DNA of 64,000 nt from Octopus sinensis (taxonomy: Eukaryota): assembly GCF_006345805.1 (NCBI RefSeq), contig NC_043022.1:13268001-13332000 (forward strand). The letters are read 5' to 3'. The position numbers and the translations under genes are program-made. Under the pieces are notes generated by a model that was not told the DNA's origin, did not search any database, and was given only the letters and a program-made list of their open reading frames with translations. Shown piece by piece: positions 1 to 15,674 of this stretch; positions within the stretch are counted from its first letter, which is position 1, and each line of letters starts with the position of its first letter.

Positions 1-120
1 TTACCTTGCTTGGAAACAGGTGAGGGTGGGCAACAGGAAGGGTATCCAGTCGTAGAAAATTTGCCTCAACAAATTTCATCAGACACATGCAAACATGGAA
101 ATACGGATATGATAATGATT
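1..120 (+). mobile_element. 3' part of a Meta-domain-like SINE (related copies at ~1675-1745 - and ~3670-3830 -)
   Basis: Contains gggcaacaggaagggtatccagtcgtagaaa plus a catgcaaacatggaaa..gatatgataatgat tail. The minus copy has gtggttggcgttaggaagggcatg. Confidence 0.6.
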
Positions 121-1774
121 ATAAACCAAACTCACTCCACACTAAATTAAAATCTCCCACCAAAATTTTGTGTTATTTAGATTTCAGACACTGTCTTAAT
201 AATGACAAAGTTATTTTACTAAATTCTTGCTTTTTCTCAAAATTAATTTGAAACAAAGAACATGTGTTTCAACAGAAATATGCTAACAAAAAAGGGTTAA
301 CCACTGTGTCTTTGGATTTGATAGTACAAAATTCCAAACAATTCTTTCCAGAACTTCACTGCATTACAGCTAATCCTTAAAGTGAAAACCGCAAAGCTAT
401 CGTTTTGTTGACAAAAATCAGCAAGCAAAAAACTCTTCTGAAAACATAATATTCCAAGTGCAATAATGGTCAGCCTATACACTTGATGTTGTCCCTCTCT
501 GCTGAGGGTACTAAAATGCTTCAAGTAGATCTGACTAAAGTGTAGTTTATTAGAGATGAATCATGTGTACACGTAGATATACATACATTGTATGTGTTGA
601 GTGAGTGCATGACCAAGATGTTACAGATACATGAATCATTACAATATAGACATTAAAGGAGGAGGAAAAGTGCACTTAAGATAGACAAAGAGAGAGAGAA
701 ATGGTCAGTGTCATTATATAGTAGGATAAAAAGTTCAAAAGGAGTTCAGTCTTGAAAACTAGAAGAAAATTCAAATACGTATCTCAGAAAAGACGATCAA
801 AACAGCTATGTTTGCTGGAAGGATAACAATTGATGAGGTTTGACTTTAAGATAACCAGACACTTGCAAGCAAGAAATAGAAATCAAATCCCTATCACTGA
901 GGGACATGTAATTAATTTTCTCCTTCCCTTGAATTTCAGACTTTCTGCCTTTAGTAGAAAGTCTGAACTTCTTATATAACTCACATGCGATTCTGATAAA
1001 CCAACAGAAACAGCAAGATGTAAAATTTTCCAAGCTTTCCATCTGCTCCTATTCATAATAATAAGTCAAAAAAACAAAAATTAAAGAGAATCTTAAAATC
1101 AGATCTCATCCCAGAATTTACCAAGAAAGTTTGTTTCAAAAGTAACTGACCTACTTAGGCAGACCAGTCCTTAATTTCTACAAACAATTAAAACTGAGGA
1201 AATAATATTGACAAAAGGATGAAATATAATTGGCTTCAAGGAGTGCCTGACTTAACATATAACAGATTGGTTCTTTAAGTGTGTGTGTGTGTGTGTGCAA
1301 TACACACATTTCTTGACTATTAAATCAACAACCTATATATATTTCAAATGCATACACACACGTATTTAAGAGCACATGTACTCATCTACTTTGCAGGAAT
1401 GATGCAGGATTGCAAATTATGTGAAAAACCATATATAAAATATTTTTGGTGGGTTTTTAAGATCAGATAATGAAGATAACACAAAACAGAAAAGCAAAAC
1501 TTCGAATTCAATTTTGTTATTAGGTTATTCTAATAATGAGTTGATCATGGCTTTGTAAATCTAAAGCCAGTTCTAAAGCCCCACCAGAAAACAAACTTTA
1601 AATTAACAAAATTGTTGGATCCCCTTGTGCTAAATTACAGAGAATTCATCATGCATGTATGCATAAAATGTATATCATTATTGTTGAATTACCCATTTCC
1701 CATGCTGGCATGGGTTGGATGAGCCAGAGGACTACACTGATGTCTGCATGTATGTATGCAAGTACCTGTATGTA

Positions 1775-1808
<34 letters not shown>

Positions 1809-2013
1809 GTGAGATAGGGGTTATGAGTGTAACCCACTATGGGATATGGTATTATTATCTTACATATTGATGTATATTGTTTTATCTTGTTGGATTTGGA
1901 TGTTCCTATTTATGTAGTTAATAAATAATATGAATTGGTAATATCTGTAAGTCGATGATTGAAAGGAATCTGTTCCTCTATTTTCTTATTCGTATATATA
2001 TATATATATATAT

Positions 2014-2055
<42 letters not shown>

Positions 2056-2694
2056 TTGAGTGTGTGCATATATATACATATATATACACATAAATGTGTA
2101 TGAGTGAGTGGGTGTGTGCCCATAAATATATATATATATATATAAAACACTACTGGTATTACAAGAAATTGAACAATTGTGACAAATTCCGAGTTATATG
2201 AAGTATATTTGAATAGAACAAGACTAAACAACATAAAAATACTTTCACAGGCAGAGGAAATAATTCACAGAACAAATTAATAAGAGGCTAAATATCTACG
2301 CTGTAAAAATGAAGTAAAAACCAACGTTTTCTTAAGAACCTCTAGAGTAAAAATACAAATGACAAAAATTTAATTAGAGTAAGCAACAATATTTCACTCC
2401 ACTCCCTTGAAATGTTGAATTGGACTGGCTGAAAAACATTCACATGGTCTGTCTCTCACCCTCCCTCTCTCTCTATCTCTCTCTGTCTGACACACACACA
2501 TTATGATGACTACAATTATAACCACTTAAACTAGAAGGTTCGGATATCTGAGTGAAATAATAAACGAAACAGTCAGTTGTAAGTGGTTTAGTCAAATAGT
2601 TGAATAAGCACAATGGTTAAAAGCAAAACTCTGATATCAAACAGTAAAAATCTTTGCCTTTTATCAACTTTGTTTTTATCTTTTCTTTCCTTTA

Positions 2695-3140
2695 CTCTTT
2701 TATTCTTTTACTGGTTTCAGTCATTTGACTGTGGCCATGCTGGAGCACCGCCTTTATTTACTTTCTTTTTTTACTTGCTTCAGTCATTGGACTACAGCCA
2801 TACTGGGGCACTACCACAAAGGGTTTTAGTCAAACAAAACCCCAGTATTTATTTATTCAAGTCTGGTTACTTATTCTATCGGTTTCTTTTGCTCAACAGC
2901 TAAATTACAGGGAAGTAAACAAACCAACATCTGTTGTCGAGTAGTGTTGGTGGGAACAAACACAAAGGCACACACAGACACACACACATGATGAGCTTCC
3001 ACAGAGATTCTGCCTACCAAATTCACCCTGTTGGTTGACCTGGGACAATAGTAGAAGGCACTGGGCCAAAGTGCCACACAGTGGGAATGAACCCAAAGCA
3101 ATGTAGTTGTAAGGCAAACCTCCTTAACCACACCCATGTT
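2695..3140 (-). mobile_element. SINE family 1, older copy with a duplicated 3' tail
   Basis: Two tail blocks (cagtcatttgactgtggccatgctgg, cagtcattggactacagccatactgg) are followed by the body and head. Confidence 0.8.
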
Positions 3141-4622
3141 TACACCTATTTGATTGGAAAAATAAATAAATAAATAAATGAACAGAACTGATATAGGACG
3201 GAGAGTGCTTAAGATTTCCAATTCCCTTTCTATAATCAATATTATTCACCAATCATCTGAGAGTCAGAAAACCTTGAAAACATCCAAAAATATCAGTACT
3301 TACCCCCAGATTCAAACAATGAGATTCGTATTTCAAGAATATTGTAGTTATATTTACAATTACAAACTAACACTAGAGAGAGGGAGAGAGGGAGAGAGAG
3401 AGAGGAGCAGAGAGGAAGGTAAGCATCAGACAAATACAAGTTTTGAGGACAGAGGAGCCTGTCTAAGCTGTTAAAATGCTTCTCCTCTCAAGGCCATACA
3501 ATCAACTGCTTTGTTATACAGAGACAGATAGAGGAAATATCATTTTCAGATCAAAATGCTTTCTCCTTTTAAAATTTAATGCAAGTGACTTTATATTGCA
3601 TAATCTCTCTTTAACCAGCCGGAGGTACTTCTACATCAGTGAGACTAAACCTTCCATTTCAATGTGTTCCTCATCATCATTTAACACCCATTTCCAATCT
3701 TGGCATGGGTTGGGACAGCTTGACAGGAGTTGGCAAGGCCAGGGACTGCACCGGGTTCCAGTCTCTTTTGGCTTGGTTTCTACAGCTACATGCCCTTCCT
3801 AACGCCAACCACTTGACAGAGTGTCTTGTATACTTTTTACAGGGCACCAATCTTATTAAATTAAAACCTTCCGTCATATTCTTTTTAATTGAGAATTTTC
3901 CTGTTTAGTTATATCCAAAATACTAAATAAAGAATAGTTACCATATTTGATAGCATAAAGGACAAATGGCTACATTAGACACACCCAATCTCAACGGTGC
4001 ATATTCAGGAAGAAGCGTTCAGCACATTAAAGCTTATGAGGAACACATTGAAATGTAAGGTTTAGTCTCACTAAGGTCAAACTTAGCATAGAGGACCTGG
4101 GGTAAGTTTTTTTTTAAACAGTTTTGAGGAAAAAGTGTGTCCCATCTGCCATCAAATATGGTAATTATTTTACTAAACCTTCAAAATTCTTGATTACTTT
4201 CTAAATCAATTAAAAAACACAGTGGGTTGTTTCATTAGAAACCTGATCATAAAAGGATCAAACTAAGCTTTATTGTTATCCGGGGTCAAAAGGAGCAGTG
4301 ACCCAGGGTGCTGCTGGGGTTTCCAGGACAGTAATAATATTGGTCAAGGCAGGGATTATGCAGCACCTTGGGCAAGTGGCTTCTACGACAGCCCCAGATC
4401 AACCAATGCCTTTGTGAGTGAATTTGGAAGATGGAAATTGTGTGGAAGCCCATCGTGTGTGAACCTTTATGCTCATATTTCTCACTACCACTTGACAACT
4501 GGTGTGGGTTTGTTTACACACCTATATTGTAGCAGTTCAGCAAGAGGTTGACAGAATACCCAAACTTTAAGCCCTTCAAGGCAACATCCAAGCATAGCTG
4601 CAATCTAATGACAAACATGAAT

Positions 4623-4663
<41 letters not shown>

Positions 4664-5944
4664 CACATATGCATACATCTTAGGCACACCCTCATGCCAT
4701 TAGGAGACTGAAGAGATATAGATATTTGCTTTCATCAATTCAATAATGTGACTATCCTTGCAAATCTCTCTTTCTCTCTCTCATCCAACATGATGACATT
4801 ACACACAACACAACTTTCATGTACAAAAACATCAATAAAAACTCAATAGCTAAGTCACTTTAGCATTGATCTGTTATCCATATCTTTTTCTCAGTCCACT
4901 TGGCTGCAGCCATACTTGAGCAATACTATGTGTATCTTTTTGTCAAACCATTAAATCACAGAGATGTAAACAAACCAACAGCAGTTTTCAAGCAGTTGGG
5001 GGAAAACACACACACATTACTTGTTTTGTGCATCAACAATGCAACTGATGGTTTCATGCAGAAAAATTATACAATTTTTCAAGCATTACACTTAAGAATG
5101 TCAGTAATTGGCCACACTGGATGGGACACAAAGAATGTAATTATCCACCAAATGCAGTGTTGAACACTCATTCTCAATATCCATCACTATCGTGCAGACT
5201 TCTGCAGTTTCCGCTTACCAAATTCACTAATTATGTTAGTTAGCCTAGAGTTAAAGTAGAAGACACTTGCCCAAGGTACCATGCAATGGGACTAAACCCA
5301 AAACCACATGGTTGCAAAGCAATCTACTTAACGATACAACCATACCTGCATCTATTGATATATATTTTACACAACGAGACCAAAGAAAGAGGATTTCTTC
5401 ATTGAGGAACAGCAAATTCAGTAAATTAACAATTATAAACCAAGGGAAATTTTTAGCTGAAAGATGTTTGTAAATATTGTCAGTGGAAAATGAACTTAAC
5501 AGTTCCAACAATATCGTAGAAGTACGTAATGTAGAAGAAATAAATTTTATTTGGCAGCTACTTAATTAGATGAGAATTAATTAAATAGGACTCGTCACAT
5601 AACTCCAGACTAAATATTAAACAAGAAGATCAAAGACCATACTAATGAGTATTAGTTATCAATAAATATCGGAAATAGAATTAAAACTAGAACTGGAATG
5701 TGTTGGGTTGGCTTGGCACAGGGTAGAAACAGACAAGGAAAGTCTAATTTCTTAAGATGTAAAATCATTTATCAGATCATTTTAACATCATCATCAACAA
5801 TGAAATTGAGATTATAAATTCAATATTTTAGTTAAGGCTGCTTATTTCACTTATGTTTTGAGAAAGCACAGTCACATTTTCCACCAACAATAACCATAAA
5901 GTTTAGGGAGGTACACAAGAAACTGATTATTATTAGAAAAATAG

Positions 5945-6545
5945 TGAGTTGGCAGAATCATTAGCACGCCAGGCAAAATGCTCAGCAGCATTTCGTCTGA
6001 CCTTGCTTTTCATCCTTTCAGGATCAATGAAATAAGTACCAGTTGTGAACTGGGGTCAATGTAGTCAACTAGCCCCCCCACTCCTCAAAATTTTCAGGAC
6101 CTGCCTATAGCAGAAAAGGATTATTATTATTATATGGTGACAAGCAGGTAGAACCATTAAGCACACTGGGAAAAATGCTTAGCAACACTCTGCCCATCTT
6201 TGCATTCTGAGTTCAAATGCCACCAAGGTCAACTTTGCTTTTTATCCCATGTGGGGGTGTTGATAAAATAAGCAGCAGCTGAGTGCTGGGGCTGACATAA
6301 TTGATTTATCCCCTCCCCGCTGGTGTCAAAATTTGATTATTATTGAGAAAGGCAGGGAGCTGGCAGAACCATTAGTGAATAGGGCATTAATGTGTTCCAG
6401 CTTTCTATGTTCAAAGCCTCTCATTGTTTTGAGGTCAATAACTTAAATACCAGTTGAACAGTGGAACCATTGCAATCATCTATCCCACTCCCTTCAAAAT
6501 TGCCAGCCCTTTTTGCCCAAATTAGAAAGGATTAGTATTATAATC
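5945..6545 (+). mobile_element. Three old tandem copies of the Nin/Deu-like SINE
   Basis: gagttggcagaatcattagcac / gagctggcagaaccattag heads, ttttcatcctttca..aagtaccag bodies and (TTA)n tails recur three times. Confidence 0.7.
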
Positions 6546-9500
6546 AAATGCTGATTTTTATTATTTTGTACATAAATGTAAACCTTTGAGTTAAGAACAA
6601 AAATGAAACTAGTTCCTATTCACAATTCAGAAAGTGGTTTGTTGTCCAGCGATGACTTGTAACAGCAAAGGGATATTTTTTATGAAAAAACTCATCAGAG
6701 GATTAAAATAACATAAAAGGAAAAAAAAAAAAAAAAAAAAACAACTCCAAATGTAGGGAAAAAAAGCTTCAAAAATTTAATTAGAGAAAACTTAGAAAAC
6801 AAAATGTCTAGTGAATTGATAATGTGTTGAAGATTAATTATTAGTTGAGAACTGTCTTCGTGAAGGTGTAAAAGAATAAGAAGAGGGGGGGAAAAAATAA
6901 TAACTGGACCAAGCTGAGTTAGAAACCAAGTGAAATTCAATCTGGCGGAAAAAAGAGTGTCTAGAAAGTAGCATATTTAATAGCAATGGTACAATAGTGA
7001 AATATTAGAAGACTAATGAGAGAGAGAGAGTGAGAGAGAGAAAGAATAATGGCATGTCTTGATCTAACAGTGCAAGTGAGTAATGAGGTGGTAGGTAGGT
7101 AGGTAGGGCAGCCAGTTTCCATAGAGTAAAATCCTTTTGTAATGGGTGGTGGTGGTCAGTAAAATCCAGTTAATAAAGAATACTCCTACAGGCTGGTAGC
7201 TCCGTTTATAAATTGCATCACTCCGTGGGGTGGGGGAGAGAAAGAACCAAGAAAATACTCCATCCAGTTCCGGAATCTGCGAGAAACGGTAAGTCCAATG
7301 AAAAAGGATTGTTGTATTCCACGATGATGAAGTTGATGGTAAGTTACTCCAGATTTTATAATCACTCAAATGGTTGGACAGCAGCAGAAATGTTGTTTTT
7401 TTCAAAGATTATGGTGACAAGTTTACTTCCAGTGGCCTCCGAGTAAAATTCCATTGCCAGATTTGCATCAGAAATATAATGTAACTCCACAGCTCTTTTC
7501 AGACTATATTTCTAAAAATGTCGCAAATTATTAGGTTATATAATACTCCATAAATAAATTACGTGTCGTGGGTGTTGCATGGGGGAGAAAAAATCTTCCT
7601 GTTGGTATTCTTTAGACACAAAATCCTCATCTTCAAACTATATCGGTTATTCCATTTCTTTTATGTATTCTGGGAATTGGGGCATTACCCATTTCGTAAA
7701 GGTATTCCTCAAAGTGAGAAGGGGGGGTATGTGTGTGTGTGTATATATATATGAGTATATACTTATATATATATATTACCAAGTGGACATTTGTGTTGTA
7801 GTTTCCGGCAAATATTCTAACAGCAATATCCAAAAGGTAGCATCCAGGAAGATATTGCAACTATAAATCCGCAAGTATTGCCAAAAGCATATATCCAAAA
7901 ATACCACAAGAGGAAACAGAAATATGGAGAAAAACAAAGGTTACCAATGAAAATTAAAAGAATTTTTTTTTTAAACTATCAAAATTTGGAAGGAAAAAAA
8001 AATATTCAAACAAAAATTTAGATTTACACAAGGTTTTCATTTTTAAAAAATACACAACAATGACAACTGAAACAAAATAATTCTAAAAAAAAGGAAAAAA
8101 ATAATATAATGTCAAATATTGAAATAAGGGCAAAATATGTTAATTATTTAATTGCTGGAGTTGCTTACAGATCACTGCTGATGACAAAGAGACTTCATTT
8201 AATCACACTAGAAAATATTTCTCAACTACTTCATTAGTTTTTCTCAAAACGAAGTTAATTGAATACACGAAACAACTCATTTCATAGCTCCTGTTAGATA
8301 TTAATTACATTTCGATATATGAAGAGAGATTTACCAACAAAACACACATCGGAGCTAATTCAGCCAAGCACACACCCATGTGTCCCCAATACTGAAATAT
8401 CAACAGTACAGACACCGAGGAAGACGGACTTACTCTCCAGAAGTGGAATGCAATTGCTAATCAGGTTATCACAGTGAAAACCAATAAATAATAAAACTGC
8501 AACAATCCTGCACTAGATTTATCAATACATATTAATATTTGAAATCTTTTGCAAGTCTCCAAGAGTATTAAATAACTCGTTGAACAATAAAACTGTTTCA
8601 TGACCAATAAATATAAGTCATAAAGCATTGCTACTTCAGTTGACAACAGATATTCTCTTCTGGAAACATCCTGTCTGAAACACAAACGTAATAAAAATTC
8701 GTCTTTGCTCATGATTGAAACACCTAAAGCTGTTTGATGCAACCAAATGAAGACATACAACAATGGACGCTCAAATGTAACCATCAACACTATTTTCCAT
8801 CAATGTCAGTTGTAATCAGAAAGCCGAAGACCAAGCTAAATTTTTTCCCCCCAAATAATTTGAAGATGCAGCACAAATTTAAAGATATTTGTAGAACAAC
8901 GAAACTTATAATTCTGCTATGAGAGAGAGAGAGAGAAAAAGAGAGAGCAAGTGAGCCTACATTTTGAATTTTCTAATGCCCGAAAGCAAGTTATTGCTGA
9001 ACAAACTAATTCAGCCCTTTTGATACCAACCCACCTCAGATATCATTCTTGGTCCCAAGATACAAACTTCCTGTTTTAAAGATATCTAAATCAAAAGTGC
9101 CCGTCAAAATTTCATGTTAATTCATGTAATATTTCCCCCTCCCCCCAGTCATTTGGACATGAATAGCACAACTGTTGGACACATTTGATGGAAGACTGCA
9201 AACTACACCACTTAGATGAAAGTGATGTTTGTTTACAATTGCTATGTAATGTCAAATCATAAACCCACATATACAAATACACATTGGGTTTCTTTCAGTT
9301 TTCACCGAGAAAGTCCACTCACAAAAGTTCGGTAGGTTGAGGACTGTAGATGACACTTACCGAAGGTGCCCATGTAGTTGCAATGCAAACCTCTTAGCTT
9401 GCAGATCTAGATTTTCATTCAAGTTACATTAGCTTCTTCATGTCAGTATGGATCAGGCAAAAACTTATCACTGGGGCATTACTTTACAGCCAAACACTCC

Positions 9501-9892
9501 CCTTGTCGCTAACCAATTGCTGTTTTTGAAGTAAGGGACTTTTTTTGTTATTTCAGATTGTCTTGGAAAGTGAATAGCATACATTTTGTAAAGAGGGAAT
9601 GTGAACACATTGTCACTGTTTTGCCAAAAGGTTTCATAAGATGAGACAAACTGTAAACATTTGCAGATACACACACACACACACACAAAACAGGCTTCCA
9701 CAAAGTTTCCATCTACCAATTCTACGCGTGAGATATTTATTGATATGAGACTATAGTGGGAGACACGTGCCCAAGGTGCTCACTACATGGTATCTTGGGC
9801 AAGTTTCTTCTTTTATAGACCTATATCATCTCGAAACCATATGTTTAGAAAGTAAACCTTGTACTGACAACAACCATGTCCTGCACACACAT

Positions 9893-10060
9893 ACAGATGA
9901 GTACATAATATATTGCACACACACACAGATGAGTACATAATATATTGCACACACACACAGATGAGTACATAATATATTGCACACACACACAGATGAGTAC
10001 ATAATATATTGCACACACACACAGATGAGTACATAATATATTGCACACACACACAGATGA
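9893..10060. repeat. 32-bp minisatellite, ~5 units
   Basis: Unit is acagatgagtacataatatattgcacacacac. Confidence 0.95.
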
Positions 10061-10117
10061 ATGTCTACAACTTCATACATACATACATTACATATATAAC
10101 ATATGTATCATACGTTT

Positions 10118-10150
<33 letters not shown>

Positions 10151-11050
10151 CTCTGTTTGTGTGTGACATGTAGTCAGGTTTGCTGATAAAGCTTTTGCAT
10201 ACAAAAAAAACTACGCACTACGATCAAGTAAAGCATGTTATTGGTGACTGGTGTCCAGAATTGAACTCTGTAAGATGCTCACCAATATAATTATGTTATG
10301 TACTACACCAACACACATCAGGGCCACATTTTTTTTTTTTTTTTTTTGTGTAGCTACGAACTGTACGTGTGTGGGTAAGGTTGTGGGGACGGACGGTGGA
10401 AGAAGATTTTTTTTCCGACCCAAAATTAAATCGTTCGAAAGCTACAACAAGGAATTATTTTGGCAGGAACCACTTCAGAAGTAAAAGGAGAAAATACATT
10501 GAGAAAAATAGCCTCATTGTTACACAATATTTCTGCTGACAAACTGGCTATGTGTGTGTGTGTCTGTGTGTGTATATATCCAACTACTTCAGCTGAAATG
10601 ACACTAAGAGCACAGCATCCCAGTTTCTCACACAACTGCTTGCTCATAAAACTAGGCTAACTAAAAATTATAGGCAGGAAAAAATATACGAGGCAGTAAG
10701 AAAACATTTTAATAGCACAGAGCATGTTTTTCTCTCAGCAACACTCATCGTAATTAGCAAAGATTTTGGGTAAGCCGACCCGGCCCCGACTTCTTATAAA
10801 GATTTCTTGTGGCAAATTCGAAGGGTCAGTACTTCGTAAAACCCCAAAAAACCCCATACATGCCCCAGTTCAGGTATTCTTAGATTTAGCAGCTAAGAAT
10901 ATGAAGATGAGATCCTTCCCTCTTCTCATATCTTGTGTGTGTGTGTGTGTACGTAATATCAACATGTATATACACACACACATGCACCTGTCTATATATG
11001 TGAATACATACATACACACATACGTCAATAGACTCACGTTGATAAATGTG

Positions 11051-11094
<44 letters not shown>

Positions 11095-11095
<1 letters not shown>

Positions 11096-11247
11096 ATATA
11101 GACAGGCATACATAAACATACACACAGAAACGTGTGTGTATATAGATATATATATAGACAGACATACATAAACATACACACAGAAACGTGTGTGTATATA
11201 GATATATATATATATAGACAGGCATACATGAACATACACATAGAAAC

Positions 11248-11284
<37 letters not shown>

Positions 11285-11365
11285 GACAGGCATACATAAA
11301 CATACACACAGAAACGTGTGTGTGTGTGTATATATATACACACATACACACACATAGAAACGTAT
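11095..11365. repeat. ~60-bp microsatellite-derived minisatellite, ~4.5 units
   Basis: Unit is gacaggcatacataaacatacacacagaaacgtgtgtg(ta)n. Confidence 0.9.
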
Positions 11366-13044
11366 ACAAGTGCACACACCTATGTATTTATACAGATGTA
11401 TAGATACATAGACGTGAAGGGCACATGCTTATATGCATATAGTTAGTGTTGAATGGAGCATGTTCTATTCGCACTGGATACAGCTCAGAGCCTGTACTTT
11501 TAACATCTAACACACACATATGTATGTATATATATATATACACACACACATATATACACGTTCATTATGTTATGTGTATGTTGTTCGCATGACGAAGGGA
11601 GCCTGTTTATTATTTATTTTCATTTCCTTGTTCACCTAAAACATAGCCATCATCATCATCATCATCACCATCCAAACACTCTTCTCGTCCACCATATTTT
11701 ACAGCCTTTTACTGTATTACAGATCTTCAATCAATTACATCTGAACACACAATATGTGTATGTGTGTACACATATATACATGTGTGTGTGTTTGTATGTA
11801 TGTGCACGTATATATATATATATACATATATTAATAATCCACAATTATGTGTACATATATATAAATATATATATATATACACACACACATTTACATACAT
11901 TACATATGCAGTTATACATATATATTCGCCCTTCTGTACTCACAATATTTGCATACACATATACACACTAACATATATGTGTATATATACACTGAATTAT
12001 ACACATATACATATTCACCCTTACACTAGCTATACACGCATACATATATACACTCACACATGTACATATGTACGTACACATACACATACATGTATACACA
12101 TCCATATGCATACAATTATACACATACATATTCACCCTTACACTAGCTATACACCCATACATACACTCACACATATACATATATACGTACACATACATTA
12201 CATGTATACACATCCATATGCATACAATTATACACATACATACAGGCACATAATCGCCTTTATATACTCATTTACATACACCCATTCGCATATACACATA
12301 TATATTCACCCTTACACTAGCTATACACGCATACATATATACACTCACACATGTACATATATATATATATATATATATATACGTACACATACATTACATG
12401 TATACACATCCATATGCACACAACTATACACATACATACAAGCATACAATCGCCTTTATATACTCATTTACATACACCCATTCGTGTGTATATACACACA
12501 TATATACACACCTGCCAGCCACTAATGTAAATTGAAGTGGAGCCGCTAAAAACGCTGTTATGGAGGGAAAAAATATATATATATTGGAAGAGTGAGTGAA
12601 GTGAGTGAGCAGGTATGATGTGGGCGAAGAGAAAAACCAGTTGATTTTCTGTTGATAAACATTAGGTGGGAATATAGATTTATATAAACACAGCAGATAT
12701 GCAATGATTAGGCAGCGACAAAAATTTCAGACCATTTCGTTTGTGAAAACTCATCTAAACAGCCTCAAGCAATGGCGTTCAATAAAACAGACCAGAGAAA
12801 CTCACTCACACTTGGCACCTCTTACTAAACACACTACTTACTGAAAACATATTTGTGTATATATTGAGATAGAGATAAATATACATACATACATACATAC
12901 ATACACATATAAAACACAGGTATATACATAAACATATATATACATACACAAACACAAATATATTCATATATGTACACACAAACATATACATAGGTATATA
13001 TATACATACACAAACACAAATGTACATAAATATATATATATATA

Positions 13045-13925
13045 CACACACACTAACACATACAAATATACACACACTAACACATACATATATACACACA
13101 CTAACACATACATATATACACACACTAACACATACATATATACACACACTAACACATACATATATACACACACTAACATACATACATACACACACTAACA
13201 CATACATACATACACACACTAACACATACATACATACACACACAAACACATATATATATGTATGTGTATATAAATATATATACACACACCAACACACATA
13301 TATATATACACACACATACACACAAACACTCATACACGCACACAAACATATATACACATACAACTGTATGAATACTGAATACATTGTGTGTGTATATAAA
13401 TATATCACACATTTTGTACCAGTGTGTATTAACAAAGGTGCTCATAATTCCCTGACTTGCGTGAGCGCGCGTATATTACACAAACACATCTTCGTAAATG
13501 TATATATTGTATTGTATTATATATATATATATATACGTACACACAAAGATATATATATACAGGCCTTGCACAGTCGCCATAATACACACACACAAAGACA
13601 GACAGACAGGTAGATAGGAAGATAGGTAGGTAGATAGATAGATATGTAGATAGGTAGGGAGATAGACAGATAGATAGATAGGTAGGTAGGTAGGTAGATG
13701 GATAGACAGATAGATACACAGGTAGATAGATAGATAGGTAGGTAGGTAGGTAGATAGATAGACAGGTAGGGAGATAGACAGATAGATAGATGGATAGATA
13801 GATAGACAGATAGGTAGGAACACAGGTAGACAGATAGGTAGGGAGATAGATAGATAGATATATAGACAAGTAGATAGACAGATAGGTAGGAACACAGGTA
13901 GACAGATAGGTAGGGAGATAGGTAG
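13045..13925. repeat. 24-bp minisatellite (13045-13240) and (GATA/GGTA/GACA)n tract (13600-13925)
   Basis: acacactaacacatacatatatac units are followed by tetranucleotide repeats. Confidence 0.9.
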
Positions 13926-14706
13926 ATGTGTGTGTGTCAACTTAATGAAATAAATCCTAGGGCAGACACTGTTCCATACAGCCAAAGACAGTAAGCAAGC
14001 TATTCTAAGGAGAGCCCAGCTCTGGTAGACATTCAAAGGAGTGGGTGTTGAATATGTACCAAGGAGAAGAGAGAGAGAAATGGTGCCTGACCTTAAAAAG
14101 GAGGGCAGGGGTACACTAGAGACAGAAAAGCAGACAAATATACATATAATATTAAATATATATACACACATATATATGTATGTATACACACATATATGTA
14201 TTAATTTGTGTGTCTATGTACAGGATATAAGTAGATGAGTGACTTTAGGTTTGCGCGCGATTCTTCTATATATAAATTCTCTTCATATATTTGGTTAGTT
14301 GAGGCTAAATAGACCGCGGCCATGCTGGGGCACAGGCCAGCATTTCATATCTTGAGGCATTTTGCAAATGTACAAATATATATACATTCATATGAAGTAA
14401 AAACACTTTGTATATATGTATATATATATATATACAGTATACAATTTATGTATGCCATATACATCTTATATGTATAACCTATATGAGAATATATATACAT
14501 TAATATATTATATATATACATGTTTAAAATAACATGCTGATATATGTGTGTGTGTATATATATATATATGTATATCATACATATAATTATGACATTCCAT
14601 ACATGTCATATTCTATATGCACACATGTATATACAGGTATACTATAAATTACATAGCGTTTAATGGAGCGCGATGTATTAAACACATGGGTGTATGGTGT
14701 ATATGA

Positions 14707-14751
<45 letters not shown>

Positions 14752-15017
14752 GGCAGAGAAAGGTGTATATGAAGGGAGGAAACACGTGCATCTATCCAAA
14801 TATAAATTATAACATGTAATATACAGAAATAATCACACAGCATGTGTCTATTTGCTACAGTATTTTGGGTGAAATGAGGCCATTTTTAAAAATAATTATG
14901 AGATGAAGAATCAATCCATCTTGGATTTGTGTAGCTTGTTGTACAAGGGCAGATGGCCTGGTGTCTTGGCATTACCTCAGACATATATTAAGACACACGT
15001 GTATGTATATATATATG

Positions 15018-15063
<46 letters not shown>

Positions 15064-15270
15064 TATATATATGTATATATACATGTGTGCATACATGCTG
15101 ATTGTTAAAGGACTTATAAACAGGTCACTTCAATACATGTATGCATTAGTATATACACATCAGTATGTATACACAGTTATACATACATATAAATAAATTG
15201 TAATACACATACATCCAAACATTCACACATATTTATATCAATTCATATACATTCACATATACACGAATCA

Positions 15271-15301
<31 letters not shown>

Positions 15302-15631
15302 CATACATGAATTCACACATGCACATATACATACATCAATTCACACATTCACAATCAGGCAATCAAATTATACATACACACTTACACATCTACACGTACC
15401 TGGAATTCATACACAATGCCTACACAAACATACATACACCAATGTACACACACTCACACAGATCTATACACACAGCAATATTCATTATATCTATGATACT
15501 GGCCAATGTTTACATAAGCAACATGTTTCAATTACAACTGTTTCATGGAAAAGTTTACATGATTCATCCAAAATCAGCAGACATATACATATATTGTTGT
15601 ATATTTCTATACATATTGCTCTCTCTCTCTC

Positions 15632-15674
<43 letters not shown>

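Noticed and set aside
8428-8440. Strong minus-strand donor GA|GTAAGT in SPEN intron 1
   Set aside because: No matching acceptor or SPEN-like coding sequence was found upstream.
9893-10060. 32-bp repeats resembling a CRISPR array
   Set aside because: The units are contiguous with no unique spacers, there are no cas genes, and the context is eukaryotic.
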